Of a stretch of DNA of 32,000 bases, positions 1 through 7,554 are shown piece after piece (within the stretch, counting starts at the first letter, position 1; every line of letters starts with the position of its first letter). Location: NCBI RefSeq assembly GCF_000621645.1, contig NZ_JHXR01000009.1:150001-182000 (forward strand), given 5' to 3'. A model generated the notes under the pieces. The model was not told the origin of the DNA. It saw nothing but the letters and a program-made list of their open reading frames with translations, and did not search any database. The translations under genes and the position numbers were made by a program. This stretch comes from Vibrio cholerae ATCC 14035 (lineage in GTDB: Bacteria > Pseudomonadota > Gammaproteobacteria > Enterobacterales > Vibrionaceae).

Positions 1-1
1 A

Positions 2-115
2 GTGTTAAGCGTGGTGATTTACCAAGAAACCATGCCATTTAACAAAATGTTGGGCTGTGGATTTCTGTTAGCCTCTTTGCTGTTGTATCGAGTCAGCTTG
101 CTGCGTTTGCGATAA
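2..115 (+). CDS. 3' end (partial) of an upstream gene; hydrophobic C-terminal tail of an inner-membrane permease, possibly EamA/DMT-type
   Basis: Frame 2 is open from the window edge to TAA at 113-115. It reads VLSVVIYQETMPFNKMLGCGFLLASLLLYRVSLLRLR, a hydrophobic helix followed by a basic tail. The family assignment is a guess from that tail only. Confidence 0.35.
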   Translation: MLSVVIYQETMPFNKMLGCGFLLASLLLYRVSLLRLR

Positions 116-143
116 CTACGGAGCAAAGCAAAAGGCCTCATAT

Positions 144-172
144 AACACCGCCAGCATGACGCTGGCGGTGTT
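144..172. terminator. GC-rich hairpin between convergent genes (possible bidirectional terminator)
   Basis: 12-bp perfect inverted repeat AACACCGCCAGC / GCTGGCGGTGTT with a 5-nt loop. It lies between the stop of the upstream + gene (115) and the stop of mgtE (198). Flanking T/A tracts are weak. Confidence 0.45.
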
Positions 173-197
173 CGTTATACATTCAATCCAATGCGGG

Positions 198-1550
198 TTA
201 AGCCAATTCAGGTAAGATCAGTTTGGCGATTTCAAAGTAGATGATAAGCCCAGTACCATCGACTAAGGTCGCGATGAGCGGTGCGGAGACTACCGCTGGG
301 TCGACATTCATACGGCGCAGTACCATAGGAATGACCGATGATACCAGCGCGCTCCATAGCACTATCGCCAGAATCGTTAGCATCACCACCAAACCGATTT
401 CAGGGCCGACACCCAGCGTCCAAGCACGGATCCACGCAGCCATTGCCATCGCCAGCGCAACCAGTGTGCTGGTTGACAATTCTTTGCGAAGTACGGTGCC
501 AAGATTGCGTAAACTCACTTCACCGACAGCCATGGCGCGCACTATGGTGGTGGTAATTTGCGTACCACTATTACCACCAGTACCGATGAGTAGCGGAATA
601 AAGAAGGCGAGGGCGATCGCCGCTTCCAACTGCTCCTCAAAAGAGCGTAAAACCGTGCCCGTGTAGGCTTCCGCCACAAACAGCACCAAAAGCCAGACAA
701 TGCGTTTTTTCCACAATTGCCAAGGTGACGTTTGTAGATAGCTCGCATCAAGTGGCATGGAGCCACCTTGCATTTCAGCATCTTCCGTGGTTTCTTTTTC
801 TAAGATACTGACCGCTTCTTCCAGATGGAAAAAACCGACTAACTGCTGCTGATGTACGACGGGCAGCACCGATAAGTTATGCTCAAGCAGCAGACGCGCC
901 GCTTGTTCTTGGTCAAGATCGGCATCGAGAGTCAGACATTGTGGCTCAATAAGGTCACTCAACGCCTGATCGGAATGCGCCATCAGCAGCGCTTTAGGAT
1001 TGATGGCACCGAGTAACAAACCATGTTGGTTGGTGACATACAAACGATGACGAGCTTGCGGATCTCCCCAAGATTCGTACAGAACCTCTTTGGCTTCGAC
1101 CACAGTTTGTGAGTCGAGAAGCGGTAAACGTTGCGTGTGCATATGCGCTGCAACGCTCTCTTCTCCCCAACGCAGGCGTTCCCGATAACGCTCCGCATTG
1201 ATCGGATTCATCATGTTGAAAACGCCATGCAGCTCATCTTCATTTAAGCTACGTAAGGCTTTTTCGACAACGCGAGGATTGGCGTAAGCCAAGCCAAGAT
1301 TGAGGGCATTGCTATCCATAACACACAATAAATGACCTGCACGGGGAGGAGATAGCAACAGGATCAGTTCAGCCAGTTGTTCACCAGTGAGCTGTTGTAA
1401 AACAAAATGAATTTCTGGTTCGGTGAGTTTGAACAGTTTTTCCACCCACTTATCGCGACGTGAAGAGTGCGCGAGTTTGCGAGCAAATTCATTGAGTTGT
1501 TTCAGTTGTGCTGCCGCAACAACAGAGTGGTTTGTTTTCATTACATTCAT
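198..1550 (-). CDS. mgtE: Magnesium transporter MgtE
   Basis: 450-aa product with an MgtE N-domain, tandem CBS region and a C-terminal 5-TM MgtE channel domain (GTGGNSGTQ, PAVVSAPLIATLVDGTGLIIYF). Start chosen at ATG 1550, 7 nt after GAGG; GTG 1553 and ATG 1541 are alternatives. An M-box riboswitch lies upstream. Confidence 0.95.
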   Translation of the reverse strand: MNVMKTNHSVVAAAQLKQLNEFARKLAHSSRRDKWVEKLFKLTEPEIHFVLQQLTGEQLAELILLLSPPRAGHLLCVMDSNALNLGLAYANPRVVEKALRSLNEDELHGVFNMMNPINAERYRERLRWGEESVAAHMHTQRLPLLDSQTVVEAKEVLYESWGDPQARHRLYVTNQHGLLLGAINPKALLMAHSDQALSDLIEPQCLTLDADLDQEQAARLLLEHNLSVLPVVHQQQLVGFFHLEEAVSILEKETTEDAEMQGGSMPLDASYLQTSPWQLWKKRIVWLLVLFVAEAYTGTVLRSFEEQLEAAIALAFFIPLLIGTGGNSGTQITTTIVRAMAVGEVSLRNLGTVLRKELSTSTLVALAMAMAAWIRAWTLGVGPEIGLVVMLTILAIVLWSALVSSVIPMVLRRMNVDPAVVSAPLIATLVDGTGLIIYFEIAKLILPELA

Positions 1551-1656
1551 CACACATACCTCATGTGACTCAGGACAGACCTGAATTGTTTGAACTTTGA
1601 TGCAAGAAAACAGCAGTAATTGGACGAGCGAAAAGGAAATGGTATGAAAAAGGCTT

Positions 1657-1818
1657 CATCCCCGAGTCCCAGCTTCAGCACTGCACAACGTATTCGCTCA
1701 CGCGAAAGCCACTTGGGTTAACACCTTAATCCGATGAAAACTGTCCTGATCTTGGGCATCTCTGGATGTCGTGAGATCAGTGGCCTATGTTTGTACAGGA
1801 GCCTCGCCTAACGAGATG
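1657..1818 (-). promoter_or_regulatory. M-box (ykoK-type) Mg2+-sensing riboswitch aptamer in the mgtE 5' leader
   Basis: The minus strand reads CUCGUUAGGCGAGGCUCCUGUAC ... GCCCAAGAUCAGGACAG ... UCAUCGGAUUAAGGUG ... GCAGUGCUGAAGCUGGGACUCGGGGAUG. These blocks match, in the same order, the conserved blocks of the B. subtilis mgtE M-box as I remember it (GUUAGGUGAGGCUCCUGUA, GCCCAA, CAUCGACAUAAGGUG, ACAGUGCUAAAGCUCUACG). It sits directly upstream of an mgtE gene. Boundaries are good to about 10 nt. Confidence 0.8.
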
Positions 1819-2205
1819 CTGTAATTACACAGTATATTTCCCTTTGACAAAAAATAGGCTTGAAGGCCATGACTTCCTCATCAAAAGGATTTTAATGCTC
1901 AACAGCTTGAGCGGCGGGGATTATAGGTGCGATAGATTTGCCAGTGCAAGCCGAAATGTGGTGAAAAATGTAATAGTTACGTAAAGTTTTGGTCAGAACT
2001 ATGCATTTGCATGATATTGCTTGGTGCTGAATAAAATAATATTCATCTCACTAATTTTCTTCTGTAGGAATTTTCTCTCAAAAAGATCACAACAACAGAA
2101 TAGGAGGATTTATTTACGCTAAAGCTATTAATAACGTTGCCTATTTTATCTTTATTACATTATTATTTATCTATAAGTGTGATCTCTGCTATGGGTCTGT
2201 GACGA

Positions 2206-5200
2206 TTGAAACGATATTTCTTTACATTACTGTTAAGTGTTTTTGCATTATTTGTGCGTGCTGCGGATTATTTGGATCCGAATGAGCAAGCGTATGTAGA
2301 GCAAAAATCTACAGTCACCATTGCAGTATTAAAAGAAATCTGGATGCCTTACTGGGGTGGGACAGGTCAGGAGCCGATAGGTATTGAGCATGATTTTGCC
2401 TCAGGGATAGCCAAAGAGCTCGGGATCAACATTGAGTACAAAGGCTTTGATACCATTGAAGCCTTACTTAACGCCGTCAGCACGGGTAAAGCGGATATGG
2501 CGATAGGGTTTGGGCAAACCCTTGCGCGTGAAGGAAAGTTCCTATTTTCTAAGCCTTTATATGAGAATGTACGCGTTATTTGGTTACGCGATAAAGCCAT
2601 GGAAGAAAAACCCTTTGCCAGTTTAAAATGGGTCTGTATTCAAGGCACATCCTATTGTGAAATTCTCAAAGATCGTGGTTATCCCAATATTATTATGGCT
2701 CGTAACTACAGCAGCTCTGTGGAAATGATTCGTCAAGGGATTGCGGATGCGACGGTGACAAATTATGTTTCCTTAAATCACTACTTAAGCCAAAAGCGTT
2801 TAGCATTGGGTAAAGTGATTTTTGATCCAGACTTGGGCGTACAAACAAACCGTATATTGATCAATAACAATGAGCCTCTGTTATTGTCAGCAATCAATAA
2901 AGTTATTGACGCTGACAAACAGGGACTGACGGAGAATAAATTAAATTCGGCAGATGTTTACTTCCTAAATGATCAAGCGAATTTAAATATTTTACGAAAT
3001 GAAAATGTTAATCCAGTCGTTCGCTATACAATTCAAGACGACTTATTTCCGATGTCATATTGGGATGAAAAAGAGAAAAAATACAAAGGTTATGTACATG
3101 ATTTATTAGAGAGAATCAGTACTAAGAGTATTCTTAAATTCGAGTTTGTTCCTGCCTACGGCCGAGATGTAGAAGATATGCTGCGTCATGGCAAAGTGGA
3201 TCTTATCCCTAGCTTTAATATGACTTATGTCGATGACCGATATTTCATCCATACAGGCAGATACACGGATATCCAATTTGGCTATATAGAAACAACTCGG
3301 CCTTATACCACCCCAATTACTGGCATTCTTGATCGCACAGGCAAGTTTAACGCTTATATTGCGGTACAAAAGAATTTATCTGATGTGAAAGTATACCGCA
3401 GCATGTATGACCTTGAGCAAGCGTTAGAGAAGGGGGATATTACGCATGGGCTTCTTAATAAAGTACTGATTAATCAGATGTTGTTGGATGGTCATCAAGA
3501 CGCTTTCAAACTCTCCCCATTGACTGAGGGGCAAGATCTTCGAGCCGATATGACGATGCTTGTACGTAAAGATGCCCGAGGTTTACAAAACATGCTGCAA
3601 AAGGTGTTAGCCACCTTCAGCCAACAAGAGATTGATGAAATCAAAGGTGCCTATGACCGAGTCACAGTTTATTTTGGCTATGACAAACAGAAAGTCCTGA
3701 TATATGCCTTAATCATATTGTGTGGTTTATTAAGTATTGGACTTATTCTCACCTTATCGCTGAGTCGTTTACGCGGTAAATTACGCAGCTCCGAACAAGT
3801 TGCTAAGTTATCTACTGAGCAGCTACGTTGGTTGACGGAATTACTGGACGCCATTCCGAGCATGATATTTATTTCGGATGAAAAAGATGAGGTTGTGTTA
3901 ACCAATGCGGCTTATCGGAAAATTTATCACACCTGCTGTGAAAAAGGGTGTGTTCAACCGCAGCCTGAGTGTTCATTTCTTGCGCTTCCAGACCAACATG
4001 AAGCGGAATTCTCGATCATTATTCAAGCTCCCAAATCTAATTGCTCTATCGGCGAACACTATTTCCATGTAACACGTCGTGCCATTTCTCACCCGATTAA
4101 TCAACGTAAGTACTATTTAACGCTGTTCAACGATATTACGGAATTAAAAGAAACTGAGCAGGCTTTGCGTCAATCTAATGAGCAAGCGTTACAGGCGGTA
4201 GAAGCGCGAAATCATTTCTTGGCAGTCGTCAGTCATGAGTTACGTACACCGATTGCGGCGATGCTGGGACTGATGGAGATTTTGGCTTCACGTTTAAAAA
4301 ACAGCGAAAGCCAACTGCTATTGACCAATGCGATAAGCTCGGCAGAGCGTTTGAAATTACACGTTAACGATATTTTGGATTTCTCAAAGATAGAGGCGCA
4401 GCAGTTACAGCTGGATATTGGGCTGTACAATTTAACCGATGAACTTGGGCCGTTATTGCGTGGATTTGAAGCCAGTGCCCAGCTCAAAGAGATTGAGTTT
4501 GATGTGATTTGGTCGCCGAATTCGTTACTGCTTGCGAACTTCGATGCCTTGCGTTTTAACCAGATCGTGACCAATCTTCTTTCTAATGCGATCAAATTTA
4601 CTGACCAAGGACGAGTGGTTTTTAAAATCGACGTTGCACCTGAGATGTTAACTATCGTGGTCGAAGATACCGGTTGCGGTATGACTCAAACGCAAATCGA
4701 GTCGCTGTTTGTTCCTTTTGCACAAGCTGACAGCACAATCACTCGTCGCTTTGGTGGAACAGGCTTAGGTATGTCGATTGTCGCCAACCTGATTGAACTG
4801 ATGAATGGCAAGATTGAGGTGAAGAGTGAGTTTGAGCAAGGGACGCAAATCCAAGTGAACTTGCCTCTTGTGACGCAAACTTGTGATGAGTTTCGTGGGC
4901 AAGTCGTTGCTATGTCTTATCGCTCCCCTTATATGCTGTGGGCAAAAGCGCTGGGAATGCGAGTGGAAGAGAATGAAGAGTGGGTCGAGCAGAGTGGCCA
5001 CAATATTTATCCAGATTTGCTGCTCAATAGGCTCAGAGAGGTCTCCAATCTGACTCAGGCTCAAACTGAGCCTGCCCATTCTCGTTTGCTACAAGGTCAC
5101 GTATTAGTGGCCGATGATGATGCGATTAACCGTTTATTGATCAAAAAACAGCTCAGTGAGCTTGGTTTGAGTGCCACCTTGGTGAGTGATGGATTGCAAG

Positions 5201-5784
5201 CTTTCGAAAAGCTCTCGCAACATCCTGAGCAGTATGATTTGTTGATTACTGACTGCCATATGCCACATCTTGATGGGTTTGCTTTAACGCGAAAAGTGAA
5301 GCAAGAGATATCCCTATTTAAAGGCGCAGTTGTGGGTTGTACTGCAGAAGATTCGCGCCTAGCAGCGGAACAAGCTCTGCAAGCGGGTATGGATAAGGTG
5401 ATTTACAAACCTTATACCTTAGCCAATTTGCGCAAAGTACTCAGTCGTTATCTCACAACACAATGGGTCGCACTGCCTGAACAATCTTGGCTTGACGCTT
5501 ACCAAGAAGAGGAACGCGAGGAGATGGCAATGGTAGTGGCTGAGTCACTTGCTCAAGATATCGCTTTACTCAATCAGCCAGACTGTGATGTCAAAGCACT
5601 GGCACATCGAATCAAAGGGGCAGCCGGCTCCCTTCAACTACAGCGGTTAGCCGATTTGGCTAAAACCGTTGAGAAACAAAACGATCCACAACAACTTGTG
5701 GCCGATAAGCAGCAACTGATCAATGCCATGCATGAAGTGGTCGAGCAGGCACAACAGTGGCTTCATCAGTATCAGAGCGAATAA
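2206..5784 (+). CDS. vieS: Hybrid sensor histidine kinase VieS (BvgS-type: 2x periplasmic solute-binding domains, TM, PAS-like, HisKA, HATPase, REC, HPt)
   Basis: 1192 codons. Contains a signal/TM segment (KRYFFTLLLSVFALFVRA), two tandem PBPb/VFT-like modules and a TM helix (VLIYALIILCGLLSIGLILTL). Kinase core: H-box SHELRTPI, and N/G boxes NLLSNAIKF, DTGCGM, GGTGLGMSIV. Also a receiver (LLITDCHMPHLDG) and a C-terminal HPt (HRIKGAAGS). It lies immediately upstream of vieA and vieB. TTG 2206 is the only start that retains the signal peptide. Confidence 0.9.
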   Translation: MKRYFFTLLLSVFALFVRAADYLDPNEQAYVEQKSTVTIAVLKEIWMPYWGGTGQEPIGIEHDFASGIAKELGINIEYKGFDTIEALLNAVSTGKADMAIGFGQTLAREGKFLFSKPLYENVRVIWLRDKAMEEKPFASLKWVCIQGTSYCEILKDRGYPNIIMARNYSSSVEMIRQGIADATVTNYVSLNHYLSQKRLALGKVIFDPDLGVQTNRILINNNEPLLLSAINKVIDADKQGLTENKLNSADVYFLNDQANLNILRNENVNPVVRYTIQDDLFPMSYWDEKEKKYKGYVHDLLERISTKSILKFEFVPAYGRDVEDMLRHGKVDLIPSFNMTYVDDRYFIHTGRYTDIQFGYIETTRPYTTPITGILDRTGKFNAYIAVQKNLSDVKVYRSMYDLEQALEKGDITHGLLNKVLINQMLLDGHQDAFKLSPLTEGQDLRADMTMLVRKDARGLQNMLQKVLATFSQQEIDEIKGAYDRVTVYFGYDKQKVLIYALIILCGLLSIGLILTLSLSRLRGKLRSSEQVAKLSTEQLRWLTELLDAIPSMIFISDEKDEVVLTNAAYRKIYHTCCEKGCVQPQPECSFLALPDQHEAEFSIIIQAPKSNCSIGEHYFHVTRRAISHPINQRKYYLTLFNDITELKETEQALRQSNEQALQAVEARNHFLAVVSHELRTPIAAMLGLMEILASRLKNSESQLLLTNAISSAERLKLHVNDILDFSKIEAQQLQLDIGLYNLTDELGPLLRGFEASAQLKEIEFDVIWSPNSLLLANFDALRFNQIVTNLLSNAIKFTDQGRVVFKIDVAPEMLTIVVEDTGCGMTQTQIESLFVPFAQADSTITRRFGGTGLGMSIVANLIELMNGKIEVKSEFEQGTQIQVNLPLVTQTCDEFRGQVVAMSYRSPYMLWAKALGMRVEENEEWVEQSGHNIYPDLLLNRLREVSNLTQAQTEPAHSRLLQGHVLVADDDAINRLLIKKQLSELGLSATLVSDGLQAFEKLSQHPEQYDLLITDCHMPHLDGFALTRKVKQEISLFKGAVVGCTAEDSRLAAEQALQAGMDKVIYKPYTLANLRKVLSRYLTTQWVALPEQSWLDAYQEEEREEMAMVVAESLAQDIALLNQPDCDVKALAHRIKGAAGSLQLQRLADLAKTVEKQNDPQQLVADKQQLINAMHEVVEQAQQWLHQYQSE

Positions 5785-5788
5785 CGTT

Positions 5789-7543
5789 ATGAAAATAATG
5801 ATAGTAGAAGATGATCGAATTCAGGCGACTAGCCTGAAGCTCAAGCTAAGACAGCTTGGGTTGGATGACGTCATCTTGGCTGAAAACGGATTTGCTGCCT
5901 TAGAACTGTGTAACAAAGTGGGTATCGATTTGATGTTTTGCGATATTCGAATGCCGCAGATGGATGGGATCAGTTTGTTATCACAACTGAGTTTACAGGC
6001 ACCTAAGCTAGGTGTGGTGATACTCAGCGCTGTGGAAGATACGATTCTTGAGTTAACCCACAACATGTGTAGTTTGGCTGGATTTGCTTATGTTGATCGC
6101 CTACCTAAGCCCTACGAAGTGGAGGATTTACAGCGTGTTGTCGAGGGGTTTCAAAAGCAAACGGAGCCCGAAACCAGTCACAAACCTGCAATCACGCTAA
6201 CCTGTGACGAGATTGAACAAGCTTTTCTGCACGACCATATTTTTAATTACTATCAACCACAGTTTGATTTTCGCAGTGGGGCGATGGTCGGCGTTGAAGC
6301 GCTAGTACGTTACGAGCACCCAACTCATGGCATGTTAAGCCCAGCAGTGTTTCTGCCTTTAATTGAGCAGTGTGGCTTGCATGAGAAACTCTTCCTTACC
6401 GTATTAGAAAAGTCGGTCTCTGCACTGGCCAGTATTGGTGCTGACTTGCAGCTTTCCGTCAACATCAGCCAGCGCAACTTGCAACACTCAATCTGTGATC
6501 CCATTCTCGCCATCTGTGAGCGGTATGGTTTTCCCGCAAGCAAACTGACTCTAGAGATGACGGAGCATGAGGTGTACAACAGAACCCCGACCTCATTGGC
6601 CAACCTTGCTCGACTGCGAATGTATGGCGTTGGGCTATCGATTGATGATTTTGGTACGGGTTACGCGTCATTAGGTCAACTGGCTCAACTGCCTTTTACG
6701 GAACTCAAGATTGATCGCAGCTTTGTGCATGACTTGGCAACCAACTACAAACACCAACAATTGACCAATATGTGTTTGTTGCTGGCTCAATCTTTGGGGT
6801 TGCACTGCGTCGTCGAAGGGGTAGAGAACGAAGAAACATGGCAATACTTGCGTCAACTTGGGGTAGATACTTGCCAAGGTTACTACGCCGCTAAGCCCAT
6901 GCCGATTGCTCAGTTGAGCGAACTTTACACTAAAAATCGTCGTCAGTGTTTAGGTTGTCAAAGCATGGATGATGGCTGGCAAATCTTGCTGGTGGATAAC
7001 CATATGCTCAGCGCCACGGCATTACAAAAAGTGCTCAATAAAGAAGAGAACGTCAGCAAGGTGTTTGTGGCGCAAGATATTGAGCAGACGCTGCACAAAC
7101 TGCGCGATTTACCGATCAACCTGCTGGTCGTCGAAAGTCGGTTTTTATCGACAATCAGTCCTGCGGCATTTCACGAGTTGCTTGAGCCTTACTATCGAGG
7201 GGCGCTCTTGGTGCTGCATGATGGATTAACCGCTGAAGCTCAAGAGGATGAGCCCAAAGCCATCGTCGTCAAAGCGAATACTTTGATGGAAACCAGCTCC
7301 CGGATCTTACTGCAAGCGCAGCAGAGCAATGTGCGCCCACAGGCGCAACAAGAAGAGCTTGCTCAGCTTTCTGAGCGAGAGTTGACGGTTGCGAAAATGT
7401 TAGTTGAAGGTCTAACGAATAAAGAAATCGCCTTACAACTCGATATCAACCAAAAAACAGTAAGCACTTACAAGACTAGGATTATGACCAAGTTAGGGAT
7501 TAAATCGGCCATGGAATTGGTGCGTTTTGTAACATTAAAATAG
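5789..7543 (+). CDS. vieA: Response regulator / c-di-GMP phosphodiesterase VieA (REC-EAL-degenerate REC-LuxR HTH)
   Basis: ATG 5789 lies 4 nt after the vieS stop. Contains a receiver (IVEDD, CDIRMPQMDG) and an EAL domain with all catalytic motifs present (EALVRY, NISQRN, EMTEHE, DDFGTGYASL, KIDRSF, EGVENE, QGYY). C-terminal LuxR/FixJ HTH: LSERELTVAKMLVEGLTNKEIALQLDINQKTVSTYKTRIMTKLG. Confidence 0.92.
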   Translation: MKIMIVEDDRIQATSLKLKLRQLGLDDVILAENGFAALELCNKVGIDLMFCDIRMPQMDGISLLSQLSLQAPKLGVVILSAVEDTILELTHNMCSLAGFAYVDRLPKPYEVEDLQRVVEGFQKQTEPETSHKPAITLTCDEIEQAFLHDHIFNYYQPQFDFRSGAMVGVEALVRYEHPTHGMLSPAVFLPLIEQCGLHEKLFLTVLEKSVSALASIGADLQLSVNISQRNLQHSICDPILAICERYGFPASKLTLEMTEHEVYNRTPTSLANLARLRMYGVGLSIDDFGTGYASLGQLAQLPFTELKIDRSFVHDLATNYKHQQLTNMCLLLAQSLGLHCVVEGVENEETWQYLRQLGVDTCQGYYAAKPMPIAQLSELYTKNRRQCLGCQSMDDGWQILLVDNHMLSATALQKVLNKEENVSKVFVAQDIEQTLHKLRDLPINLLVVESRFLSTISPAAFHELLEPYYRGALLVLHDGLTAEAQEDEPKAIVVKANTLMETSSRILLQAQQSNVRPQAQQEELAQLSERELTVAKMLVEGLTNKEIALQLDINQKTVSTYKTRIMTKLGIKSAMELVRFVTLK

Positions 7544-7554
7544 TACCGAGAGTT

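Noticed and set aside
241-666. 141-aa ORF (and 72-aa ORF at 338-556) on the + strand
   Set aside because: Entirely antisense to the well-supported mgtE membrane domain. The product is low-complexity and Ser/Thr/Ala/Pro-rich, typical of a shadow frame. No RBS.
1787-1984. 65-aa ORF on the + strand upstream of vieS
   Set aside because: It overlaps the M-box aptamer on the opposite strand. It has no SD and no recognisable product, so the riboswitch explains the conservation-like structure better.
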